Shown piece by piece: positions 9,110-18,026 of a stretch of DNA of 64,000 nucleotides. Origin of the DNA: Patescibacteria group bacterium (GTDB taxonomy: Bacteria; Patescibacteriota; Minisyncoccia; Phycocordibacterales; JAACPR01). Within the stretch, counting starts at the first letter, position 1. Each line of letters begins with the position of its first letter. Location of the stretch: the NCBI GenBank assembly GCA_022711495.1, contig JAKLEX010000001.1, positions 225,389 through 289,388 of the forward strand, given 5' to 3'. The translations under genes were made by a program, and so were the position numbers. The notes beneath the pieces were generated by a model. That model worked only from the letters and a program-made list of their open reading frames with translations. It searched no databases and was not told the origin of the DNA.

Positions 9110-10315
9110 ATGAATAATCAAAGAAAAATAGTTTGGTTACTGACATTATTAGTTCTGCTTGTTGTTGGTGCGAATATTGCCGAAGCCGCCACGACTTGTA
9201 CTTTTACAAGAGACCTGGCTTTAGGTGATAACGGCGAAGACGTTCGTTGCTTGCAACAGTATTTAAATAGTGCCGGCTACACAATCGCAGCATCGGGCGT
9301 CGGTTCGCCTGGAAACGAAACAAGCTTGTTTAGAACTTTGACGGAGCAAGCGGTGATTAGGTGGCAAACAGCCAACGGTATTTCACCGGCTTCCGGATAC
9401 TTTGGTCCAAAGTCACAAGCAAAATATAATGCACTAATTTCTGGATCAAGTTCTGGCTCAAGTTCCAGCTCATCCGGCAGCTCGTCATCCAGTTCTTCCA
9501 GTAGCTCGTCCGGTTCATCCAGCTCCAGCTCTTCGTCAAGTAGCTCATCAGCTAACTCGGAGAGAAGCGAGGCCGAAGATACAATCTTAGAGGCTGTAGA
9601 CGCCATTTATGATGCCGAAGGGCAAATAGAAGATAGCGATGAAGATGAAGACGATATTGAGGATGCCGAAGAGATGTTAAAAGATGCTCGTGAAAATCTT
9701 TATAATGCCATTGAGGCGTATTTTGACGAAGATTACGATGATGCCATAGATTCAGCCGACGACGCCATTTCAGACGCCGAAGATGCTTATGAACAAGCCG
9801 GCGGGGAATCAGAAGAGGACGAAGCCGAGCAAGCCATTGACGACGCCGAGGACGCCTTAGACGCCGCCGAAGCCGAAATTGAGGAAGCGGACGACGATGG
9901 TGAGGAAGTCGGCGAGGCCGAAGATCTTTTTGACGAAGCTCAAGACTTGTTAGACGAAGCTGAAGAGGCTTTTGATGATGAGGATTATGACGAGGCTATT
10001 GATTTAGCCGAAGAGGCCGAAGATACGGCGGACGAAGCCGTCGACGCTATCGGTGAAGAAGGCGACGATGAAGAATCAGACGCCGAAGAAGCTATTGAAG
10101 ACGCCGAAGATGCCATTGATGCCGCCGAAGAGGCCATTGATGAATCAGACGCGGATGCTGATGACATAGAGGAGGCCGAAGATCTTGTTGACGAGGCTAA
10201 CGATTTGCTAGACGAAGCCGAAGAAGCCTTTGACGACGAAGATTACGACGATGCCATTGACGCTGCTGAAGAAGCTCAAGAAAAAGCCGAAGAAGCCGAA
10301 GATTTGGTTGATTAG
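9110..10315 (+). CDS. Secreted peptidoglycan-binding-domain protein with poly-Ser tract and polyacidic repeats (family member 2)
   Basis: Same N-domain (CTFTRDLALGDNGEDVRCLQQYLNSAGY). Poly-Ser run of about 35 aa. Repeated acidic modules EEAEDLxDEAxDLLDEAEEAFDDEDYDEAID. Confidence 0.7.
   Translation: MNNQRKIVWLLTLLVLLVVGANIAEAATTCTFTRDLALGDNGEDVRCLQQYLNSAGYTIAASGVGSPGNETSLFRTLTEQAVIRWQTANGISPASGYFGPKSQAKYNALISGSSSGSSSSSSGSSSSSSSSSSSGSSSSSSSSSSSSANSERSEAEDTILEAVDAIYDAEGQIEDSDEDEDDIEDAEEMLKDARENLYNAIEAYFDEDYDDAIDSADDAISDAEDAYEQAGGESEEDEAEQAIDDAEDALDAAEAEIEEADDDGEEVGEAEDLFDEAQDLLDEAEEAFDDEDYDEAIDLAEEAEDTADEAVDAIGEEGDDEESDAEEAIEDAEDAIDAAEEAIDESDADADDIEEAEDLVDEANDLLDEAEEAFDDEDYDDAIDAAEEAQEKAEEAEDLVD
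9443..9552 (+). repeat. Poly-serine coding simple-sequence tract (AGY/TCN codon repeats)
   Basis: About 110 nt encoding SSGSSSSSSGSSSSSSSSSSSGSSSSSSSSSSSS. Confidence 0.8.
10061..10315 (+). repeat. 255-bp direct repeat copy 1 (3' end of paralog CDS), ~99% identical to 13128-13382
   Basis: Base-by-base comparison shows only 2 mismatches over 255 nt, including the stop codon. Confidence 0.9.
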
Positions 10316-10352
10316 TCTCGGCGAGTTTCTCTAAGCATTATTGGTTTAATAA

Positions 10353-10386
10353 AACCACCAGAAAATATGGTGGTTTTATTTTTTTA
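10353..10386 (+). terminator. Rho-independent terminator
   Basis: AACCACCA-gaaaata-TGGTGGTT hairpin followed by a T-run. Confidence 0.6.
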
Positions 10387-10448
10387 TCGGAATCTGTCTA
10401 TGTTATACTGTGTGTTAGTTAAAAACACATTAACTTAATTTAATCTTT

Positions 10449-13382
10449 ATGAAATATCTTAGAAAATTAATCCAGGCGTCTGTATTATTAGTATTTTTTG
10501 TCTCTAATATTCGTGTTGAGGCAGTATCGATTTGTACTTTTACCAGAGATCTGACAGTCGGATCGGTCGGCGAAGACGTGCGCTGCTTGCAACAATATTT
10601 AAATAGCACCGGTTACACCATTACCGAATCAAATGAGGGCTCACTAGGACAAGAGACCACATATTTTGGAACTTTAACCGCGCAAGCTTTAGCAAGATGG
10701 CAGTCAAACAACGGAGTATCGCCGGCCACCGGATATTTCGGTCCAGTTTCAAGAGCGAAATATAGCTCCTTCACTTCCGGAGTCTCTAATGGCGCCGGAG
10801 GAACTGTGAGCGGACAAAGAGAAGCCGCCTCTTCTATAAATGAGGCCGTTTATACCATAAGCGAAGTTTATGATAAGGTCAGAAATTCAAAAAATAGCAA
10901 AGCTGTAGGACTCTGGGAAGATGCCGACGAATTGTTGGATGATGCGGAGGCAGCTTATAACAAAAAGCAATATGATCTAGCTTTAGATTTTGCGGAGGCG
11001 GCAATCGAAAAAGCCGATGAGGCAGAATCGGCTCTTAGTAGTAAGACTGCTTCAACTAGCGAAGCTAAATCTGAAGCCAGAGACGCTATCGCAGACGCTG
11101 AAAAAGCCATTGACGACGCCAAAGATGAGATTGACGAAGCTGATGACGATGGCGATGACGTTGATGAAGCTGAAAGTATCTTAGACGACGCCAGGGAAGC
11201 TTTAAATGACGCCGAGGAAGCCTACGACGATAAAGATTATGATGAAGCGATAGAATTGGCTGAAGAGGCTCAAGATGCGGCAGACGAGGCCGTTGATGCT
11301 ATCGGCGAAGAACCTGAAGATGACGATGATGAAGATGATGAAGATGATGAACAGATCTCGGTTAAACTTCTGGCTAACGGAAAGTCTGGAACGGTTAAAA
11401 CCAATTCAGACAGTGTCGCACTAACATGGACGTCTAATGCTAAATATTGCGAAGCTTCGTCGTCATATTCCGCCGCCGGCAGCTCATCTAGTTTGGCAAA
11501 TAAGACAATAAGCATCTTGCCAATCGGTGATTCCAATACTGCTGGAGTGGGCAATCCAACCAACTGCACGAAAAATTGCCTTGGTTATAGGAAAAGCTTA
11601 AAAGATCTTCTAACCGCGGCCAATATAAAGACCGACTTTGTTGGTTCAAAATCTGACGGTAATTTCACCGACAATCAACACGAGGGCTGGTCTGGCGAAG
11701 GTATTTCTAAAATTCAAAGCCGAATATCTGGCGGCATTCTTGGAACTCTCAAACCAGATATCGCCCTGCTTCTTATTGGAAGCAATGACATGTGGATTTC
11801 TCTTTCTGATCGTAGCCCGGTCTCTGATAACAAGGCTAACTACTGGGTATCGCAACTTGGAAAATTGCTAGATGCTATGTATGGCAAAAAAAGTGACATG
11901 CATGTTATTGTCGCCAAACCGGCGACACCTAGGAGCGCCTCTGGACCTCTGGCCATTTATCGCGATGGTATTGATACTTTGGTTAAACAGAAAAAAACCG
12001 ATGGACAAAAAATCTCCTCAGTTGATTTGATGGGAGCGAAAAATGATGGCACCCATTATACCTCTACCGGTTTTGAGACTGTGGCCAATTTGTGGGCCGC
12101 TGAAATCAAGAGCATTGTTTCCGGTAGTTCTGCGATATATACCGCGCCAAGTTGGTCGGGCCAGAAGAGTGCAAAGGGCAGTAAATCTTTTTCTTTAGCT
12201 CCGGGCTCGGAAACGACTTTCAGTTTAAGGTGCGGGGATTCTTCCTCGTCTTTGACGGCTAGGAGTAATGTTACTGTTAAAGTCAGCTCAAGCGCCAGTT
12301 CATCGTCCGGCGGCGACTCCGGTGATGACGCCGTTGACCTTTATGAAGGCATGATTGAACAGTTGGTTGAGACCATGGGTGAAGGATTTGATGAAGTTGG
12401 TATACCGCAACCTTTTGCTTGTCCTTTGAAGACTGAATCTGATGATGACCGACTAGTTAATTTCTCTACAGTTAAGGGATTGCTTGGTAAATCTTCCGGA
12501 AGTACTCCTGCTGGATTCTCGTCCAATGGTCAAGCGGACTACCAAGTAAGTATTCCTGCCGGCACGTATAAAGTGTCCATGACAACCTATGACAATCACT
12601 CGGAACACGGCGGTCAGGGCCAGCGCAATGAGAAAGTCTATCTTGAGTTATATGATGGTGCCGATGGAGACATGATTGCGAAGACCGACTCTACGGATGA
12701 TATTTCAGAAAGTTCTAATAGTGTTACCACGATCATCGCTGACGCTTTGGAAGTAGACAGTCAAGTCAAAATGTTAAGAACTATTCACGCGGCGTATCCG
12801 AATGGTTCATCGGCCGAAAGCGTATTTCCAATCTGTACGTTGTTTGAAAGCACAGACGAAGACCCGGAGGATGACGAAGAAAAGGAGGCCGAAGACGCTG
12901 TTGATAGAGCCATAGAACTGATAGACGAAGCTAAAGACGCGATTGACGACTCCGACGCCTCGGACAGGAAAATTGAATTGGCTGAAGATATTATTGATGA
13001 CGCGGAAGATCTTGTTGACGATGCAACGGAGGCCATTGATGATGAGGATTATGACGAAGCGATAGAATTGGCCGAAGAGGCTCAAGATTTTGCTAAGGAG
13101 GCGGCCGATATCGTCGGTGAGAAAATCGGCGACGATGAAGAATCAGACGCCGAAGAAGCTATTGAAGACGCCGAAGATGCCATTGATGCCGCCGAAGAGG
13201 CCATTGATGAATCAGACGCGGATGCTGATGACATAGAGGAGGCCGAAGATCTTGTTGACGAGGCTAACGATTTGCTAGACGAAGCCGAAGAAGCCTTTGA
13301 CGACGAAGATTACGACGATGCCATTGACGCTGCTGAAGAAGCTCAAGAAAAAGCCGAAGAAGCGGAAGAGTTGGTTGATTAG
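10449..13382 (+). CDS. Large secreted protein: PG-binding domain + acidic repeats + SGNH/GDSL hydrolase domain + second acidic repeat array (family member 3)
   Basis: Signal peptide and CTFTRDLTVGSVGEDVRCLQQYLNSTGY. SGNH blocks GDSNTAG (block I), EGWSG (II), GSNDMW (III), DGTHYT (V). Acidic modules on both sides. Confidence 0.7.
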   Translation: MKYLRKLIQASVLLVFFVSNIRVEAVSICTFTRDLTVGSVGEDVRCLQQYLNSTGYTITESNEGSLGQETTYFGTLTAQALARWQSNNGVSPATGYFGPVSRAKYSSFTSGVSNGAGGTVSGQREAASSINEAVYTISEVYDKVRNSKNSKAVGLWEDADELLDDAEAAYNKKQYDLALDFAEAAIEKADEAESALSSKTASTSEAKSEARDAIADAEKAIDDAKDEIDEADDDGDDVDEAESILDDAREALNDAEEAYDDKDYDEAIELAEEAQDAADEAVDAIGEEPEDDDDEDDEDDEQISVKLLANGKSGTVKTNSDSVALTWTSNAKYCEASSSYSAAGSSSSLANKTISILPIGDSNTAGVGNPTNCTKNCLGYRKSLKDLLTAANIKTDFVGSKSDGNFTDNQHEGWSGEGISKIQSRISGGILGTLKPDIALLLIGSNDMWISLSDRSPVSDNKANYWVSQLGKLLDAMYGKKSDMHVIVAKPATPRSASGPLAIYRDGIDTLVKQKKTDGQKISSVDLMGAKNDGTHYTSTGFETVANLWAAEIKSIVSGSSAIYTAPSWSGQKSAKGSKSFSLAPGSETTFSLRCGDSSSSLTARSNVTVKVSSSASSSSGGDSGDDAVDLYEGMIEQLVETMGEGFDEVGIPQPFACPLKTESDDDRLVNFSTVKGLLGKSSGSTPAGFSSNGQADYQVSIPAGTYKVSMTTYDNHSEHGGQGQRNEKVYLELYDGADGDMIAKTDSTDDISESSNSVTTIIADALEVDSQVKMLRTIHAAYPNGSSAESVFPICTLFESTDEDPEDDEEKEAEDAVDRAIELIDEAKDAIDDSDASDRKIELAEDIIDDAEDLVDDATEAIDDEDYDEAIELAEEAQDFAKEAADIVGEKIGDDEESDAEEAIEDAEDAIDAAEEAIDESDADADDIEEAEDLVDEANDLLDEAEEAFDDEDYDDAIDAAEEAQEKAEEAEELVD
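13128..13382 (+). repeat. 255-bp direct repeat copy 2
   Basis: See 10061-10315. Confidence 0.9.
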
Positions 13383-13404
13383 ATTTCTTTAGTCTGAAAC
13401 TGAC

Positions 13405-13436
13405 AAAAACCGCCCTGAAGGCGGTTTTTGTTTTTA
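13405..13436. terminator. Bidirectional rho-independent terminator between convergent genes
   Basis: AAAACCGCC-ctgaa-GGCGGTTTT with A/T runs on both sides. Confidence 0.6.
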
Positions 13437-13443
13437 CCCAGAC

Positions 13444-14358
13444 TTACCGTCTAACAAAACTGCGGACAATCTTAAATAAAATCCAGATAAGAAACGCAAT
13501 AACCAAATACAACAAGATTTTATATTCCAAAATTCCGTAAAGGGTCTTGAAGAGATAGAGTTGCCCAGTCTTCAAAAATATTTGTCTTGATAACATTCGT
13601 CCTTCGGCTGGAGCGGACAATTCCGCTCGTCCCTCAACAATCGTCTGTTTAATAGCTTCGTTGCGAGCCTTTAGGTCCGCAAGCTCTTCTTCCAGAGCGA
13701 GAATTTTGCCTTCAATTTTGTCGCTCAAAGAATCGGCGCCGGTGTTGATACTTTGGAGGGCACTGTCGGCGGTTTCTTTGATGGTACTGACGACTTGTCC
13801 TCCGATATCGTTCTCATCATCTTCTTTCGTATCTCGGTTATCCTCATCGTCCTCTTCATCGCCGATACCGTCATCGTCGGAGTCATAATCAACAAAAATT
13901 TCTTCCGATTCTATGATGTTGTTTTTTATTTCTACGTCGCTTCGCCAACCGCTAGAGGTATTTTTTTTGACATTAGTGAGTTTGGCGTAAATCTGATGAG
14001 TGCCGTATTCTGGAGCAAAATCAGCCCAGCCTTCAATAAGTCGGCCGTTGAGAGCGGAGAATTCTTTGGTCTCAATTCTCTTGCCGTTGTCATAGAATTC
14101 TATCTGACCGGTGATGTCATCGCCGGATTGATTTTGAAAAGCCACGTAAATACGAGCATTTTCATCGGCGAAAAGAGGAAATTTTGAATACCAAATTCCG
14201 CTGACAAAACCGGCGTTAGTCTTCACCGCGGATTCGGCCGCTTCAACTTTTTCTGCGGCCAAGACTTTTCCCACTATTAGAACCTTTTCCGCGTTGATTA
14301 ATAGAAGGGATAGACTTAATATTGCAAAAACACTGAAAAATTTAAAGTTTGTCATCAT
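13444..14358 (-). CDS. Secreted acidic coiled-coil protein with C-terminal TM anchor, hypothetical
   Basis: N-terminal signal peptide. D/E-rich segment. Coiled-coil segment (LALEEELADLKARNEAIKQ). C-terminal hydrophobic helix. Confidence 0.5.
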   Translation of the reverse strand: MMTNFKFFSVFAILSLSLLLINAEKVLIVGKVLAAEKVEAAESAVKTNAGFVSGIWYSKFPLFADENARIYVAFQNQSGDDITGQIEFYDNGKRIETKEFSALNGRLIEGWADFAPEYGTHQIYAKLTNVKKNTSSGWRSDVEIKNNIIESEEIFVDYDSDDDGIGDEEDDEDNRDTKEDDENDIGGQVVSTIKETADSALQSINTGADSLSDKIEGKILALEEELADLKARNEAIKQTIVEGRAELSAPAEGRMLSRQIFLKTGQLYLFKTLYGILEYKILLYLVIAFLIWILFKIVRSFVRR

Positions 14359-14821
14359 ATTTTTTTATCAACCATAACGTGATGCCGATTCCTAAAACTG
14401 CACCAGCTAAGATTTGTGTTAGCGTGTGAACTCTTAAGATTAGCCGGCTGGCGACTATGGCTAAAATGGCAAGTGTCAGAATCAAAGTTGCGGTGCTCTT
14501 GAATAAGCGGCTTTTGTTTGAACGCCAGATGTAGTTAGCTAAAAAAGTCAGAAGGAAAAAACCGATCGCGGTGTGTCCGCTCGGAAAAGCATAATCGTTC
14601 AGTCCAATTAGGGCGTCGGCCGGGCGCGATATTTTAGTGACGTCTTTTATTAGCAGAGTCAAAATTGAAGTGAGCAGGGTGGACAGGGCGAAAACTTTTA
14701 AGGCGGGGAATCTTTTCTTGGCCATCAGCCAAAGCGCGATGGCAAAAATAAACCCAAAGATGATTTCCCAACTGGAGATGAAATAGACGTAATATGAGGC
14801 CGTTACTAGAAGGGAATTCAT
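14342..14821 (-). CDS. PAP2-family phosphatase (undecaprenyl-diphosphatase-like)
   Basis: Motifs KxxxxxxRP (KDVTKISRP), PSGH, SRxxxxxHxxxQ. About 5 TM helices. Confidence 0.7.
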   Translation of the reverse strand: MNSLLVTASYYVYFISSWEIIFGFIFAIALWLMAKKRFPALKVFALSTLLTSILTLLIKDVTKISRPADALIGLNDYAFPSGHTAIGFFLLTFLANYIWRSNKSRLFKSTATLILTLAILAIVASRLILRVHTLTQILAGAVLGIGITLWLIKKYDDKL

Positions 14822-14927
14822 GGGGATATTATAGCAACTTTTTACTGTATATTGGCATTATCTGTTGTCATTAATATTTTTGAATTCTCTAGGCTTATAT
14901 AATATATTCTGGTAAAATTAAACCGTT

Positions 14928-15263
14928 ATGGGAAATGAGGAAGGAAAGGCCGATAGAGACTATTTTGTTTTAGCAATTCTGTTTATGATAGCTGTGGCTT
15001 TCTGGGTTAGTTTCTTTCGGTATTTTATCAATTTAGACTACAACATATTGCTGACTATTGAATGCGACCCAGAAGTTTCAAGCTGTGTCACTGACGGAGA
15101 ATATTTTTATGATCGGTTTTTGGTCAAGGCAAAAACCATAGAAGATTATTGCGGTGAAAAACAAGACGAAGAATGTATTTTAAAGTTATATGAACAAAAT
15201 CGGGCGGAAAAAATACCCTGTGAAGAAGACCTAGAAGATTGGGAGGAATGTACAAGTCCATAA
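14928..15263 (+). CDS. Small membrane-anchored Cys-rich hypothetical protein
   Basis: One N-terminal TM helix. Six Cys in the C-terminal half. Confidence 0.35.
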   Translation: MGNEEGKADRDYFVLAILFMIAVAFWVSFFRYFINLDYNILLTIECDPEVSSCVTDGEYFYDRFLVKAKTIEDYCGEKQDEECILKLYEQNRAEKIPCEEDLEDWEECTSP

Positions 15264-15327
15264 ATAATTCAAGAGCAATGTTATCATATGAGCTTTTTGC
15301 CCAACGTACTTTTGTGGTTTTATTACT

Positions 15328-16491
15328 ATGAGAGAAATAAGAGAAAAGCCAAGCCTACTGATTTTGGGAGTTTCTGGCGGTGTTGCTGGCGCATTTTTAC
15401 AAATTTTCAGGCAGTACAGAAATAACTTTTCAGAAGTTATCTTGTTGGATAAGGACGATAAAATTTTGCGCTCTGGTCAAATTGACCTTGTCAGAGATAA
15501 ATACTCTTTTATAAATCAGGACATAGTTTTACAAAATATAGAGCTAGTTTTGGCAGATATAAAACACAAACATGATATCTCTATCGTTCTAGATCTGACA
15601 GATTGTGAGACTTTTCCGATATTACAAGCGGCCGACAAACTTGGTCTAAGCTACTTGAATTGTTCTTTAAATAATGGTGATGAATCGATGAAAAATTTCG
15701 TCCGAGACTATAAAAGTTTCACTCAAAAGTTTAAGAACAATGCCCACTTGTTATCAATAGGGATGAATCCCGGAATTATCAACCACCTGGTTGTCAGGGG
15801 AGTTCTGGAATATGGAATACCAAAAGAATTTGTTGAAATTGAGTATGAGACGGGTTTCCCAGAGAAAGACGTCGGTCGCCCTTTTATAACTTGGTCTAGA
15901 AAGCAATTTTTACTAGAGTCAGTTTTATCTGGTTCCGGTTATTGTGGTTCCGGCGGAAAGTATGTGGAATCTAAAAGTTCTGCGATAGAGCACCCAATTA
16001 AGACTGAAGAATTTTTATCGCCAATAAAAAAATTTGATTCCTATCCTTTGGGGATGATTGTTCCTCATGATGAGATTATTTCAATGTCTAGAATTATCGA
16101 AGTTCCTGGCAGATTTGTCTATGCCATACACCCGGTTTCTTTGTCTAGGTTAAGGGAAATTTTCAATAAAAAGGGGAACGTTGTTGAATCAGATATAGAT
16201 CTTTTAGATGGAGTTACAAAGAAGTTAATTGGGTCTGATCTGATAGGCGTCTGGTTATTCTATGACGATAAAAAGATTTGCTATTTTTGTGAAGTCAACC
16301 ACAAAGACGTCTCCGGGACAAACGCCACTTTATTTCTAGTTGCCGTGGGCGTTCTGGCGGCGCTCATGGATTTTATTAGCAATCCTTTGTTAGAAAACGG
16401 CGTCTCTTTCGTTAATGAGTTAAATAGTAAAAATTTTCAGAGGTTTGTATCTAGATACGTCAAGATTAATAAGATTGAGGTGAAAAAATAG
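15328..16491 (+). CDS. Saccharopine-dehydrogenase-like NAD(P)-binding protein (possibly polyamine biosynthesis type), tentative
   Basis: N-terminal LLILGVSGGVAG Rossmann-like glycine motif. GMNPGIINH resembles the G-x-[DN]-P-G-x-x-N motif of the saccharopine/carboxynorspermidine dehydrogenase family. Confidence 0.4.
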   Translation: MREIREKPSLLILGVSGGVAGAFLQIFRQYRNNFSEVILLDKDDKILRSGQIDLVRDKYSFINQDIVLQNIELVLADIKHKHDISIVLDLTDCETFPILQAADKLGLSYLNCSLNNGDESMKNFVRDYKSFTQKFKNNAHLLSIGMNPGIINHLVVRGVLEYGIPKEFVEIEYETGFPEKDVGRPFITWSRKQFLLESVLSGSGYCGSGGKYVESKSSAIEHPIKTEEFLSPIKKFDSYPLGMIVPHDEIISMSRIIEVPGRFVYAIHPVSLSRLREIFNKKGNVVESDIDLLDGVTKKLIGSDLIGVWLFYDDKKICYFCEVNHKDVSGTNATLFLVAVGVLAALMDFISNPLLENGVSFVNELNSKNFQRFVSRYVKINKIEVKK

Positions 16492-16527
16492 ATTGTGCCA
16501 CCAGACTTGCATTTTCTGTGCGGTTAT

Positions 16528-16553
16528 GTTATAATTATCCTAGAAGGGAGGTG
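16528..16553 (+). promoter_or_regulatory. TGTTATAAT extended -10 plus GGGAGGTG Shine-Dalgarno site upstream of TTG start 16561
   Basis: TATAAT 16530-16535. Shine-Dalgarno site 16546-16553. Confidence 0.35.
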
Positions 16554-16560
16554 AAGTTCG

Positions 16561-17115
16561 TTGAAATTGGACAGATCCTATTGGATAAGGACCCTGTCTG
16601 CGCACGGACTGCTGTCTGCTACTGACTACGCGTTTGATAACTGGATCTACCCAGCCGTCTTGATTTGGCTGGGTGTGATTAACGGATGCGTTGTCATGAC
16701 GATGGCCAGCATGGTGTTGTGCGCAGGGTTTCTGGCCGTTTATGAACGGATGAAGATCGATTGGCTTGGAGTCAATGCTCTAGAGGTGGTTAAGGAGCAT
16801 GGTCAATCGTGGGTTCGCCGCTTAGACGCAGCCAACATCTTGATTAGGGTGTTTGCCTGGATTCCGACTCGTATTTTTCTGGTTGTCCTTTGGGCAGTCA
16901 AGAAAAACGACCTGTTGGCGTTTCTGGCATTCTCTCTATATGAAGATGCTTTCAAAACGACCGCCTTTCTCCGAAAGGGAAAGTTTGGTCGTTTTGGGCG
17001 AAAGGATGTAGGAATCTTTTTCGCCTCTCTTGTGATATCGAATCTGTACTGGACAGTTCGGTGGACTGTCATAATTGGTATCATTAAGAGAATTTACCAT
17101 TGGGTTATGACCTAA
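16561..17115 (+). CDS. Integral membrane protein, hypothetical
   Basis: TTG start with strong Shine-Dalgarno site. 4-5 TM helices. Terminator downstream. Confidence 0.45.
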   Translation: MKLDRSYWIRTLSAHGLLSATDYAFDNWIYPAVLIWLGVINGCVVMTMASMVLCAGFLAVYERMKIDWLGVNALEVVKEHGQSWVRRLDAANILIRVFAWIPTRIFLVVLWAVKKNDLLAFLAFSLYEDAFKTTAFLRKGKFGRFGRKDVGIFFASLVISNLYWTVRWTVIIGIIKRIYHWVMT

Positions 17116-17117
17116 CC

Positions 17118-17156
17118 AGCGCAACGACGAGGAATCGTTGCGCTGTTTTATTTTGT
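17118..17156 (+). terminator. Rho-independent terminator
   Basis: CAGCGCAACGA-cgaggaa-TCGTTGCGCTG followed by a T-run. Confidence 0.6.
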
Positions 17157-17198
17157 GGTGTTAACTTTTTTGCTAAGATGTCTTATAATTCACGATAA

Positions 17199-17972
17199 AT
17201 GGTAGAAGATATATACACAGATCCAAAAGAAGCTGTCGCTGAACTCAAAAGGCGCCAGAAAAACCCCGAGTTGATAAAAAAAGTAGAGGAGTATTTAAAA
17301 GGTGATATTCCAGAGCCGTTGGTTAATTTTTTAGAGAAACCGAAAATGGTTTTGTTTCGAAATATTTTTACTCCTGACTATGAGTTGGACATTTTTTTAA
17401 AGTACGCGAAAGAGATCGGCGCCCAACCCATTCTCTTTGAATATACGGACGATATGTTTGTCGCTAAGAATGAAGATAAATATGCCCTTGGCAAGCTCAT
17501 GTTTTATTTAAATACGGATAAAGAGGGGCATGTAAATACAAAAAATTTGAAGATCATTGATTTTAATGATTCCGAACGGAAAAACATTCGAGACATAAAA
17601 ACTTTATGGGGAGAATCGTTAGTAGATTTTCATCATAGGATATTAGCCCATTTTTTTTCTGACAAAAAACTACATATTTATGATTGTTCAGCCTGGTTTC
17701 ATCGAAATGGGGGTCACCCGGATGGTTATTATTATAAAATATTTTCTTTATTTATTTGTCACGCCATAATGTTCGAGAATTTTAGAAGCTCTGGTACAGA
17801 GGGGGAGTTTTTTAGGAAAATATTCTTACCGATTTATTCTGAAACAGTCAATTTCTTTGGTTTTAAACCAATAATTTGCCGGATTCAACCCCCTGAAGAA
17901 GAGAATAATCGAAAATGGTGGGGATATCCAAAAGACAGAATGGAAGAATTCTTATCGAGCTCATCAGACTAA
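17199..17972 (+). CDS. Hypothetical protein
   Basis: 257-aa ORF with GTCTTATAAT box upstream. No recognisable motif. Confidence 0.45.
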   Translation: MVEDIYTDPKEAVAELKRRQKNPELIKKVEEYLKGDIPEPLVNFLEKPKMVLFRNIFTPDYELDIFLKYAKEIGAQPILFEYTDDMFVAKNEDKYALGKLMFYLNTDKEGHVNTKNLKIIDFNDSERKNIRDIKTLWGESLVDFHHRILAHFFSDKKLHIYDCSAWFHRNGGHPDGYYYKIFSLFICHAIMFENFRSSGTEGEFFRKIFLPIYSETVNFFGFKPIICRIQPPEEENNRKWWGYPKDRMEEFLSSSSD

Positions 17973-18026
17973 CCTATCAAGAGATACTTTTGCTTATTTA
18001 TTATCTGTAATATAATGTGACGAAGC

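Noticed and set aside
9277-10167. Antisense ORFs within acidic-repeat genes (9277-9606, 9357-9548, 9985-10167, 11270-11569, 12785-13085, 47557-47742)
   Set aside because: They are low-complexity mirror translations of the GAA/GAT-rich sense strand, with no independent start signals.
7678-13382. Highly repetitive nucleotide sequence that might be mistaken for a CRISPR array or minisatellite
   Set aside because: The repeats are imperfect, of variable length and in frame within long ORFs encoding D/E/A-rich protein modules. There is no constant repeat/spacer periodicity and no cas genes.
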